The position numbers and the translations under genes are program-made. Below the pieces are notes generated by a model. It did no database searches. It was not told where the DNA came from and saw nothing but the letters and a program-made list of their open reading frames with translations. 48,509 nucleotides of DNA from Candidatus Heimdallarchaeota archaeon (GTDB taxonomy: Archaea > Asgardarchaeota > Heimdallarchaeia > JABLTI01), in contig JAHLVW010000043.1 in NCBI GenBank assembly GCA_019058275.1, forward strand, positions 1 to 48,509. The letters run 5' to 3'. The number at the start of each line of letters is the position of its first letter. The stretch's first letter is position 1. Positions 28,692-38,183 of this stretch are shown here, in pieces.

Positions 28692-28801
28692 GGGAAATCA
28701 CACTCCAGTAGATACAGTAAGTCAGCTAGTATCTCCCATCCGCAGAACAAGAGATAATCGCTTTTAGGACCTCATCATGCAGTTTTGGAGTGACGTTTCC
28801 C
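28692..28801 (-). ncRNA. Candidate structured RNA (long irregular hairpin with C-box/D-box-like motifs)
   Basis: Terminal stems GGGAAA/TTTCCC and CACTCCA/TGGAGTG; the apical 12-bp stem closes fully only with G-U pairs on the minus strand; ATGATGA and CTGA on the minus strand. Confidence 0.45.
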
Positions 28802-28951
28802 TCTTTTTAGTAATCAATTTTTTATATAAAATGGTCTTAAGCTTATCATTTTTTGCCTTATTCACCACATAATATTTTTGAATAACTAAATACTAAAGAG
28901 TTCATTGGTAGAAAGAAATGAATTCGGAAAATTCCAACCATAAATTCTTTT

Positions 28952-30111
28952 TTGAAAATAACTGGTGATTAATTTATACTCCTGGACCTACAATGGTTCC
29001 ACCAAAAGTACTGAAGGCAATGAGCAAACAGATTATTAATCCAGATTTAGATCCTGACTTTCCTGATTGGTTTTTAGAAACCTCACAGCTTACAGGAAAA
29101 GCCATTAAGACAAAAAATGAAGTATTAATTCTTCCTAGAGAAGGCATGTTAGCTCTTGATGCAGCATTAAACAGTGTTGTGAAACCACACGACAAAGTCT
29201 TGGTTTTTGCTACTGGTATTTTTAGGCATGGTTTTGCAGGTATGGTTAAAGATTGCAAGGCTGAATCTATTGTTGTAGCTACTGAGGGTTATAATAAAGT
29301 TTTATCAGTGGAACAAGTAAAAGAAGCAATAGATAATCATCCAGATGTCTCAGCTATCACTGTAATTCATTGTGAAACACGAAGTGGAACTTTAAATCCT
29401 TTAAAGGAAATTGGTAAGGTATGTAAGAAAAGCAATGCTGTGTTTATTGTTGATGCAGTAAGTAGTATAGCTGGAACAGATGTGAGAACTGACGAATAGG
29501 GAATTGACATAAATCTAGGAGCAAGTCAGAAATGTTTCTCAGCACCTCCTGGAATAGCTTTTATGAGTCTAAGTGAAAAAGCTCTCGAGGTTATAAATAA
29601 TAGAGAATCAATCCCAACATTTTACTCCGATTTATCTATATGGACAAAATCTTGGATTAAGAATCGAAGTTTACCTTTTACCCACTCAATTTCAGATTTA
29701 TTTGTATTCAGAAAAAGTGTTGAATTGGTTTTGAACGAAGGATTAGAAACTGTTTTTAGTCGTTATACGAATGTGTCAAATGCATTAATTACAGCAATTG
29801 AAAGCATAGGACTTGAAATGTACCCAGTAAGTAAGAAAATTGTTTCACCAACAGTGACTGCATTTAAAGTACCTGAAGGTATCGATAGTGAGAAATTAAT
29901 TTTACATTTATGGAGAAAATATGGAGTTCTTATTGCTAATGCATGGGGACCAGTTTTATGTGGAAAAGTATTGCGACTTGGAAATATGGAATATGGTGCC
30001 AATAACCATTTCGCCACAATTGCTTTAGGAGCTCTAGAAAAAGGTCTCGCGGATTTGGGATACAAAATAGAAATTGGTACCGCTGTAAGAACTTACCTGA
30101 ATGAAATCTAA
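28952..30111 (+). pseudogene. Class V PLP aminotransferase (alanine-glyoxylate/serine-pyruvate type), disrupted
   Basis: YTPGPT, HCET.SG, VDAVSS, TDE*GID (TAG 29497 where Trp is usual), ASQKCFSAPPG between the two ORFs; start codon out of frame by one base. Confidence 0.85.
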
Positions 30112-30210
30112 GGATATGGATTGAAATACATCCTTATCCATTCATTATTTCAATTAACTCGAAAACATTTATTTGTAATAGGTAAAAATCCTTAGTAAAA
30201 GGTGAAAAAA

Positions 30211-30765
30211 ATGACAAATCTTTGGACTGATGTTGCACCAGGACCTAACCCCCCAGAAGTTGTTTATGCAGTTATAGAAACTCCACAAGGTTCGAAAAAC
30301 AAATTTGAATTTGATAAGGAGATTATGGCTATATATCTAGATAGAGTTCTTTATTCCTCTGTAGTGTTTCCAATATCCTATGGTTTCATTCCTAGAACTT
30401 TAGGTGATGATCATGATCCTTTGGATATAATGGTGCTAATTACTGAACCAACTTTTCCAGGATGTATAGTAGCAGCTCGTCCAATTGGTGTACTAAGAAT
30501 GAAAGATGAAAAAGGCAATGATGATAAAATTATTGCTGCTGCAAACAATGATCCAAGATTAGACGAAGCAGAAGGTTTGGATTGGGTTCCTAAACACCAG
30601 CTAATTGAAGTTGAAGAATTCTTTAGAGATTATAAGAAATTGGAAAAAGGGAAAAAAACAGAAGTAAAAGGATGGGAAAATAAGGAATCAGCTTTTCAAA
30701 TCATCAATAAATCAATTGAGTACTTTAAAGAAAATTACTTCCCTATTATGGAAAAAAAATGGTAA
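30211..30765 (+). CDS. ppa: Soluble inorganic pyrophosphatase (family I)
   Basis: KNKFE, LDRVL, YGFIPRT, DDHDPLD, DEKGNDDKI, FFRDYKKLE. Confidence 0.96.
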   Translation: MTNLWTDVAPGPNPPEVVYAVIETPQGSKNKFEFDKEIMAIYLDRVLYSSVVFPISYGFIPRTLGDDHDPLDIMVLITEPTFPGCIVAARPIGVLRMKDEKGNDDKIIAAANNDPRLDEAEGLDWVPKHQLIEVEEFFRDYKKLEKGKKTEVKGWENKESAFQIINKSIEYFKENYFPIMEKKW

Positions 30766-30785
30766 AATTAACTTAAAATCTCTTA

Positions 30786-31589
30786 GTGAATAAAATGAAC
30801 TTTCTATTAGACAAACTACAGTATTCAATCCTTTATTTGTCTAAATATCCGAAAATTGGTAAATTCATATCAACGATTTTAGGAGTTTTTGAAGCCTTCT
30901 TTTTGGATATGATTTATTTTATTGATAGACGCATTTCACCTGGTTCCTATAGCAGTTTAATGAAAATCTATACTTTGTTTTATGGTAGTAAAGTTATACC
31001 ACTTAATGTTAAAATAGAAGGCATTCCATCAGTTGCTCCAATAGATGAAATCATGAGTATAATTAGACGGATGCCTGCTTTAAGTATTGGATATTGTTAT
31101 TGCCGTGTTAAACATAAGAATTGCGACAATCCAATTTGGTCTTGTATTCACATAGGAACTGCTAAACATCTTAATGAGTTAAAAAATAAAATACCTTTAA
31201 AATCAGCATCTATCGAAGAAGTAGAGAAATTATTATTGAAAGCTAATAAACTTGGTTTAGTACATCAATTGTTAACTGCACCAAGTCCTGATTATGTCTA
31301 TGTAATATGCAATTGTTGTCCATGTTGCTGTGTAATGTTAAATAGCGCGATAGAATACAACCTGAGGGGTGTAGCAATCCCAAGTAACTATATTGTGAAA
31401 TATGACAAGAAAAAATGTATTGGGTGTTTTTCATGTGTTGAAAGATGTCATTTTGGTTCACTAGCAAATAAAGATAATAAACTGGTTTTTGATTCATCTA
31501 AGTGTGTTGGTTGTGGTTTATGTATAGATTATTGTTCTTCTGATGCAATTCAATTAATCAGAAGAGATTCAATCCTTAATGATCTTTAG
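30786..31589 (+). CDS. Iron-sulfur protein with C-terminal 2x[4Fe-4S] ferredoxin domain
   Basis: CYCR...C...C, ICNCCPCCC, CIGCFSCVERC and CVGCGLCIDYC. Confidence 0.88.
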   Translation: MNKMNFLLDKLQYSILYLSKYPKIGKFISTILGVFEAFFLDMIYFIDRRISPGSYSSLMKIYTLFYGSKVIPLNVKIEGIPSVAPIDEIMSIIRRMPALSIGYCYCRVKHKNCDNPIWSCIHIGTAKHLNELKNKIPLKSASIEEVEKLLLKANKLGLVHQLLTAPSPDYVYVICNCCPCCCVMLNSAIEYNLRGVAIPSNYIVKYDKKKCIGCFSCVERCHFGSLANKDNKLVFDSSKCVGCGLCIDYCSSDAIQLIRRDSILNDL

Positions 31590-31701
31590 AATCCCAAGAT
31601 AATCTGCTGTCAATATGAAAATAACCATAATATGCTGTAGCGTAAAATCTCCGCTTTAATAAGATTAAATAAGAACTACGTTTTGTTTAGAGGTGGTTAT
31701 A

Positions 31702-32652
31702 ATGATTGAAGCAGAAAATCTTACGAAGTTCTACGGTGAATTCTTAGCTGTTGATCATATCAGTTTCAACATTAAAAAAGGTGAAATATTTGGTTTTCTC
31801 GGACCTAATGGTGCAGGGAAAACTACTACAATAAGAATGTTAGCTGCTATTTTTCCTCCATCAGAAGGTACTGCAACCATAAATGGAAATGATGTTGTCC
31901 ATAATTCAATGGAAGTTCGAAAACAAGTTGGCATTTTATCTGAAAATCCTGGTCTGTATGAAAGATTATCTGCTCGAGCTAATTTGGATTTTTTTGCTAG
32001 GTTATATGATGTTCCAAAGGATCAAATAGACACTCGTATCGACTTTTTGGGTGATTTATTTGATTTAAGAACTAGGTTGGATGAAAGGGTTGGAACGTAT
32101 TCAAAGGGTATGAAACAAAAGCTAGCAATTGCTAGAGCTCTAATTCATGATCCAACGGTTCTTTTCTTAGATGAACCTACTTCAGCACTTTCACCTGAAG
32201 CTGCCAAATCTATTAGAGACTTGTTAGTTGATTTAGCAAAGGATCGTTCAAGAACTATTTGTATTTGCACTCATAATTTATTTGATGCTGAAAGATTATG
32301 TGATCGTGTAGCAATTATTAGAAATGGTAAGATTCTAACAGTTGGCACACCAGGTGAAATAAGTAGCAAATTCTCTGGTCCGCCAACTATTAGGGTTAGT
32401 TTTACAAAATTAGATACTAATATTACTCAACTGCTCAACAATATAGAGGGTGTATTTTCTGTTGAACAACACCCAGTAAAGAAAGAAGTTTTCATTAAAG
32501 TTGAAAATCATGAGATAAATACTCCTAAGATTGTAAAGGAAATTGTAGCTAATAATGGCGAAATACTCGAGATAGAACCGATTCATGCTTCATTAGAAGA
32601 AGCTTATTTGAAGCTTATAATGGAGGTTAGTTTGAATGACACTAAGATTTAG
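31702..32652 (+). CDS. ABC-2 type exporter ATP-binding protein
   Basis: GPNGAGKTT, YSKGMKQK, LFLDEPT, THN. Confidence 0.96.
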   Translation: MIEAENLTKFYGEFLAVDHISFNIKKGEIFGFLGPNGAGKTTTIRMLAAIFPPSEGTATINGNDVVHNSMEVRKQVGILSENPGLYERLSARANLDFFARLYDVPKDQIDTRIDFLGDLFDLRTRLDERVGTYSKGMKQKLAIARALIHDPTVLFLDEPTSALSPEAAKSIRDLLVDLAKDRSRTICICTHNLFDAERLCDRVAIIRNGKILTVGTPGEISSKFSGPPTIRVSFTKLDTNITQLLNNIEGVFSVEQHPVKKEVFIKVENHEINTPKIVKEIVANNGEILEIEPIHASLEEAYLKLIMEVSLNDTKI

Positions 32653-33448
32653 AAAGACTTTTCTAATTACTCGCAAGGAATTGAAGGAGTCCTTTAGAAG
32701 TAGAGAAGTGATTCTTGTAATTACTTTGATGCCCCTTATGTTTGCTGTTCTAATGCCTTTAACAATACCCCTAGTTAGCATGACTATTCCAAGTGAAGCA
32801 TTTGATGATTCTGATTTTGAAAATTTCCCTCCTTTAGTTTCATATTGGGATGAACTTGATTCAAAAGCACGATTCCTAGTTTTTTATAGCATGATGTTTT
32901 TTGAAACATTTCTTTTATTGCCAATGATTTTGCCAATGGTAATTGCAACAGACTCAATTGCAGGTGAACGTGAAAGAAAAACAATAGAATCCTTGATTGC
33001 AACACCACTTAGCACTGGGGAAATCGTTCTCGGAAAACTAATGACAACTATGATACCATCAGTTTTGGTTACATGGCTCTCTGGCATTGTTTTCATGGTT
33101 ATTACAGATCTTTTTCTATACAATGATGTTGGAAGATTAATATTTCCAAATTTAATGTCTATGGTATTGTTATTTGGTTTATCACCATTTTTCTCATTAA
33201 TTACAACTCAAACTATGATAATTGTTTCAACAAGAGCTACAGGTATGAGAGAAGCACAACAACTAGGCAGCTTAGTTGTTTTACCACTTTATTCATTTGT
33301 ACTGGGAGAATCAGCAATTTTGATTTTACTTAGTCCTTATTGGACTTTGGTATCTTCAGCTGTTTTGTTGATATGTACTGTTATTTTACATGTGATAAAT
33401 CTGAAGGTATTCGATCGTGAATATATGATTACATCCATAAGGGGGTAA
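32636..33448 (+). CDS. ABC-2 type permease
   Basis: DSIAGERERKTIESLIATP, GKL; about 6 TM. Confidence 0.9.
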   Translation: MTLRFRKTFLITRKELKESFRSREVILVITLMPLMFAVLMPLTIPLVSMTIPSEAFDDSDFENFPPLVSYWDELDSKARFLVFYSMMFFETFLLLPMILPMVIATDSIAGERERKTIESLIATPLSTGEIVLGKLMTTMIPSVLVTWLSGIVFMVITDLFLYNDVGRLIFPNLMSMVLLFGLSPFFSLITTQTMIIVSTRATGMREAQQLGSLVVLPLYSFVLGESAILILLSPYWTLVSSAVLLICTVILHVINLKVFDREYMITSIRG

Positions 33449-33452
33449 AGAA

Positions 33453-34277
33453 ATGACAAATAGATTATTCAAAAGAGTTAGAAAAAATAAAATAACAACT
33501 ATCTTCAGAAAAGAGATTCGAGAAATTCTGAAAAATAAAGAGATTCTTATTACAATAATAATTATGCCAATTGTTTTTTCCTTACTTGTTCCAGCTAGCA
33601 TGATTGCTTTAAGTCTAACTGATCAAAGTGATATAAGCGAAACTGATCAAGCACCAGATATTTTTAGAAACATGACTCCTTACTGGGATGAACTTAATGA
33701 TTTACAAAAAATAACAATTTTACAAGCCAATTTCTATTTGGCTTTTCTTATTATGATTCCCATGATTGTTCCAATGGCGATTTCAAGTGATAGTATAGCA
33801 GGTGAAAAGGAAAGAAAAACTATTGAGGTTTTGCTAGCTTCACCTGTTAGCGAAGAAGAGATTCTTTTAGGAAAAGCTTTAGCAGCAGCTGTGCCATCAA
33901 TTATTATTTCATGGGTTGCAGAGATTATTTACATTATTTTTACAAACATAGTTGTCTTTGGAATTATGGGAAGAATTGTACTGCCAAACATATTTGTAGG
34001 GATTATGTTTTTATTTTTGATCCCAACACAGACTTTTCTTTCAACATTACTAATGACATCAATATCAAGCAGATCTAGAGGTGCGAGAGAAGCTTTACAA
34101 AAAAGTGGGTTAATAGTTACTCCTTATCTATTAATTATTTCTGCGATTATTTTCGTACCTTTGCTAGTACATCCACTCCTTACATTGGCTTCATGGTTTG
34201 TTTTAGTATTACTAACATTTTTAACATTGAAAATAACAACAAAGACTTTTAAGAGAGATAAATTGCTGTCTCTATGA
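33453..34277 (+). CDS. ABC-2 type permease (paralog of the preceding gene)
   Basis: DSIAGEKERKTIEVLLASP; shares YWDEL with the upstream permease. Confidence 0.9.
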   Translation: MTNRLFKRVRKNKITTIFRKEIREILKNKEILITIIIMPIVFSLLVPASMIALSLTDQSDISETDQAPDIFRNMTPYWDELNDLQKITILQANFYLAFLIMIPMIVPMAISSDSIAGEKERKTIEVLLASPVSEEEILLGKALAAAVPSIIISWVAEIIYIIFTNIVVFGIMGRIVLPNIFVGIMFLFLIPTQTFLSTLLMTSISSRSRGAREALQKSGLIVTPYLLIISAIIFVPLLVHPLLTLASWFVLVLLTFLTLKITTKTFKRDKLLSL

Positions 34278-34362
34278 AGTTGAAATTAAGACAATAGATT
34301 TAAGAATAAAAAAAATTCACAAATGATTAGCTTGTGTTTGATAATCAATTCGGTGATACTAA

Positions 34363-35079
34363 ATGAAAGTTGAATTATTAAATCATCCTGATGAAAAATT
34401 AGCAGAAATAGCAATTAGAATGTGTAGAGGTAAAAGAAAGGTTTCTCTAAACGAACCTATAAATCAAGATTTAATAAAAAAAGTTGTAGACTCAGGACAT
34501 GAATCTATAGCAGAACATGTAAATTTCACCTTTAGAATCACTGGATTAAGTCGAGTTACAACCCATCAGCTTGTAAGACACCGTATTGCTTCTTATTCCC
34601 AAGAAAGTCAAAGATACGCGGATCCATTAGAAACAAAAGGTAAAGATTGGGCTGTTATTCCTGATTCAATATTAGAAAATCCTGAAGCGAGAAAAATAGC
34701 AGAGGATTTCTTAGAAGAATCAACAAAAGTTAGAAAACAACTTGATGATTTAGGAATTAAGCTAGAGGATTCAAGATACTTCCTTCCTAATGCAACTAGG
34801 ACAGCAATTGTTGTTACCATGAATGCTAGATCTCTTTGGAATTTTTTCAATTTTAGAATTTGCAGCAAAGCACAATGGGAAATAAGACGTTTGTCTTTAA
34901 TGATGTTTTATCTTGTAAATGATATAGCACCAGCTCTCTTTAATTGGTGGACGCCAAGATGTGAAAGAGGATGTCCTGAAAAATGTGACGACCCAGTTTC
35001 TTTAGAATTAGAGGAAGGAACTAGTATTACAGGCAAAACAATCGAGTACTTGCCTAAATCAAAGAGAGATCAGAAGTAG
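34363..35079 (+). CDS. thyX: Flavin-dependent thymidylate synthase
   Basis: GHESIAEH, SRVTTHQLVRHRIASYSQESQRY, MNARSL, AQWEIR. Confidence 0.96.
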   Translation: MKVELLNHPDEKLAEIAIRMCRGKRKVSLNEPINQDLIKKVVDSGHESIAEHVNFTFRITGLSRVTTHQLVRHRIASYSQESQRYADPLETKGKDWAVIPDSILENPEARKIAEDFLEESTKVRKQLDDLGIKLEDSRYFLPNATRTAIVVTMNARSLWNFFNFRICSKAQWEIRRLSLMMFYLVNDIAPALFNWWTPRCERGCPEKCDDPVSLELEEGTSITGKTIEYLPKSKRDQK

Positions 35080-36855
35080 TTATATATCGAAATCTTCTTT
35101 GTAAAAAATCCAACTACCATCATCCCATCTATTTAAAACAAATTGCCTCGCATACTTCTGATGCGTTGATTTACCTAAAATTATTTGATTATTTACATTT
35201 TCAGGAAGAAACCAAGTAAAGAAATCAGCCATTGAAAGTGCAGCTGAATGTGGTAAATAAGCCCTTATCATCAAACCATTAAAATGTCCTTCTATTTCAC
35301 CTAAGTAAACATTTGGTAGAAAATTACAAAAACGAGTCAATCGTTCTTTTAAACTTCGAGTATTCTTATTTTTTCTAGTAGTAATATCATTCTCGATATA
35401 GAGATTTATATCAACAGTATTGGGAAGAATCACCCAAATGCCCTCATATAGAATCCCTGAAGCCAGCAGCTTTCTGATTCTTTGAACAGTTTCATTCATA
35501 TCCTTCTTAATATTTTTTTGAATAACCCTTCTTGTGTTATTACCGACTAGATATTGATTGAGAATTTTCAAATCAATCAGATCGATTTCTTGTGGTTCGA
35601 TATCTACTATTCTTGATGGTACAATGATATTCTTAAGAGAACCTTTTTCTAGAGTCTTTGATTCAATTTTGTCTATTTCAAATAAATCGCTTTCTATTGC
35701 TATATCATTAAAATTAATTTTTTGCATTTTTGTTTTGGGATTGAAATACCTAAAAGTGTAATTATTACTTGATTTCGTAATTTCAAAAGCATAATATTTT
35801 GTTATCAAATTTTCAGCCATCAATCTTTCACAATATGAAACCAAGTTATCATAAAATGTTTTAGTTCTAGGTGCTACGTAGTATTGAGTGATAACACAAG
35901 CATTTAAACAATTAAATTTGTGTGAAAATAGAAAAGGATTTTTTGGCAGAGATTTGAATTTAAAGCTTTGATCCTTCAAACATATCAAAAGTACTATATA
36001 TTGTGTCAATCCTAAAGCAAAATAATTGACATCATAAGCATGGACAATTATTTGCATGTCTAGTAATCTTTTAATGGTTTTTGAAATTGTACTTTTATGG
36101 GAATTTGTATGTTTTTTAATTATAGTTGGTTTAATTGTTTGATTAATCAAGATTTTTTCGAGTATATCAACTGCATTCTCCGAAATACTTACGGAATTTA
36201 AATAGATTTCAGATAATAATAACTCAAATTCCTTTGAGCTTAGATCAGAGATTTTTCTACTTTTTTGTCCAAGTTTTAATTTTTCTTCATGTTTATAGTA
36301 CGTTTCATAGAGCCCATGTTTCAGAACATCGATAATTCCTTCAGAACCTGCTGAAGCTATTAGTTGTTTGCAATTATTAATTAGATCCGATTTTCCGGGT
36401 GTAACTTTTCGCCATAACTTTTCCCATTTATTGGATTTTATTTGACTCATTCTAATAGATAATGGAAAAGCATTTGCTAGAAACTTTATCCACCAGAGAT
36501 CCCGACAGGTTTTTGGAGCGAATAATAAGAAGGCTTCGCGCCAAAAGATAGAGCTTTGATAAACATTATCCTGCAGGAAACTCTGATTAATAAATAATGT
36601 CTCACCACTGTACTTACTCCACCTATTTTGATCATTTATTTCCATATCTATGCTAGGCTCAACACGTTTCGGAGTGTATTTTGTTTGAATAAGGAATTTT
36701 TCGATTGTCTTTATTTTACTATATAGTTCATTTTCTAGTTGTGTGAGTTCTTTGAAGGTAGTTTCAGTCAAATTTCCATCACTTTTTAGATTATTTGTTA
36801 TAAATAGGTGATTTTTCCGAAAAAAGACGGAATAACAATGATGTCTTTTTTTCAT
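35080..36855 (-). CDS. Hypothetical protein with tandem winged-HTH + Lrp/AsnC-like modules and an unknown N-terminal domain (true start uncertain)
   Basis: HKSTISKTIKRLLDMQII...VNYFALGL and IDLIDLKILNQY...VQRIRKLLASGIL resemble Lrp HTH repeats. Confidence 0.65.
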   Translation of the reverse strand: MKKRHHCYSVFFRKNHLFITNNLKSDGNLTETTFKELTQLENELYSKIKTIEKFLIQTKYTPKRVEPSIDMEINDQNRWSKYSGETLFINQSFLQDNVYQSSIFWREAFLLFAPKTCRDLWWIKFLANAFPLSIRMSQIKSNKWEKLWRKVTPGKSDLINNCKQLIASAGSEGIIDVLKHGLYETYYKHEEKLKLGQKSRKISDLSSKEFELLLSEIYLNSVSISENAVDILEKILINQTIKPTIIKKHTNSHKSTISKTIKRLLDMQIIVHAYDVNYFALGLTQYIVLLICLKDQSFKFKSLPKNPFLFSHKFNCLNACVITQYYVAPRTKTFYDNLVSYCERLMAENLITKYYAFEITKSSNNYTFRYFNPKTKMQKINFNDIAIESDLFEIDKIESKTLEKGSLKNIIVPSRIVDIEPQEIDLIDLKILNQYLVGNNTRRVIQKNIKKDMNETVQRIRKLLASGILYEGIWVILPNTVDINLYIENDITTRKNKNTRSLKERLTRFCNFLPNVYLGEIEGHFNGLMIRAYLPHSAALSMADFFTWFLPENVNNQIILGKSTHQKYARQFVLNRWDDGSWIFYKEDFDI

Positions 36856-37301
36856 TCATATATACGAATATTGTTATTATTTAATATTTTTGTCGCAGTA
36901 TTTAAATCAAAAGAACTGATTAAATTCCTCGAAACACGAAAAGAAGGTCTAAGAAGTCTTGATTCAAAAAAATCTTCTTACACAGAAATTCATATATTCG
37001 ATACAATCAAATATTTAGTAACTTGAAAGATGAACAATCACGCTTATATCTAAAACAAACCAATCATCATTTATTGTAAAATCAACCGTCAAATCTCTCG
37101 GGGAAAATGTGGAATTTACAATTTGGGGACTAACTCCCTGATTGATATCCATCCATGGTATCAGTCAGGAACCATTTTTCTTAAATTATTATAATATACA
37201 TAAGAAACTATTCTTTGTTTATTTTTTTCCAACTTTTGCTTTAATTTATAAAGAATAAGTTTTTATTATTAAATTAATTGAACATTAATTAGTGATTTAC
37301 T

Positions 37302-37466
37302 ATGGCTTGTATATTGTGCAACAAAGATATTAATGATGGTGATAATACACTTGAGGTTTATACAACAGACAATCAGACAATGACTGTTCACAAAGAGTGC
37401 TATGAGGATTATGTAAAAAGCATGTCAATGTGCAGTTCTTGCGACAGTTGTGCAGGTTGTGGATAA
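37302..37466 (+). CDS. Small Cys-rich putative zinc-finger protein (54 aa, below the ORF-track cutoff)
   Basis: MACILCNKDINDGDNTLEVYTTDNQTMTVHKECYEDYVKSMSMCSSCDSCAGCG; GTGAT upstream of ATG and T-rich sequence downstream. Confidence 0.8.
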   Translation: MACILCNKDINDGDNTLEVYTTDNQTMTVHKECYEDYVKSMSMCSSCDSCAGCG

Positions 37467-37654
37467 GCTAGTCTGCTTTACTGCTTAGAACTTATGGGAT
37501 TTATCATTAAAAAAACTCAGTTTATTTGTTTTTCTTTATTTTTTATTCATTCAGTTTTTCTTTTTATATTCAAATCCTCAAATGGATACATGGTAAAAGT
37601 AATATACGTTAAACCTTTTGTTATGATTGTAGAACTCTTCATTTGAAGAATAGA

Positions 37655-38077
37655 ATGGATTACACAAAAACTATAGAATTTGAGGAATTTGTCTTGAGCC
37701 AATCTATTGACGTTCGATTTGAAAAAGAATGCAACGTATTACACGCTTTGAACCCAGGAGTCGAATCTGTAATTGTAATTGAAATTTCTGGATTATTGGT
37801 TTTAAAATGGTCTGCAACAGAAGTAGATAGCGAGTTTACAAGCTCTTACGTTAGAGAATTTCTATCGCTAGTAAAGATGACTACAAACCATTATGACATT
37901 GGTAATCCAATTGGTGTTATGTTGGAAGGTAATGGAGGATTCTTCTTAGTTTTCAGGACAAAATCTGGTAATTCAATTGTAATCCTCATCAAGGAAGAAA
38001 CAAATCGTTCCACACTTCGTTATCGATTAATGAAGGATTTTGCTGGTCGAGTAGAGGACATTCTAGATTCATTTTAA
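37655..38077 (+). CDS. Roadblock/LC7 (MglB-like) domain protein
   Basis: PGVESVIVIEISGLLV...helix...IGNPIGVMLEGNGGFFLVF...IVILI...terminal helix pattern. Confidence 0.75.
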   Translation: MDYTKTIEFEEFVLSQSIDVRFEKECNVLHALNPGVESVIVIEISGLLVLKWSATEVDSEFTSSYVREFLSLVKMTTNHYDIGNPIGVMLEGNGGFFLVFRTKSGNSIVILIKEETNRSTLRYRLMKDFAGRVEDILDSF

Positions 38078-38183
38078 ACCACAATTCTTTGTTTTTCTTT
38101 TAATATCATTTCTTAAGAAAAGATAGCTATTTAAATTAGACATGATGTTCCTATATAATCATTGAACAAAGAAGGTTATCAAA

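Noticed and set aside
28692-28801. SECIS element or hammerhead ribozyme
   Set aside because: It is antisense to the adjacent genes, no Sec-type TGA gene is nearby, and the hammerhead CUGAUGA...GAAA core is not complete
25472-30111. Genome-wide amber recoding (pyrrolysine or TAG reassignment) suggested by two in-frame TAGs
   Set aside because: TAG ends many genes at their expected C-termini here (pfkA, E2, thyX, radical SAM), the aminotransferase has other lesions, and no pyl genes are in the window
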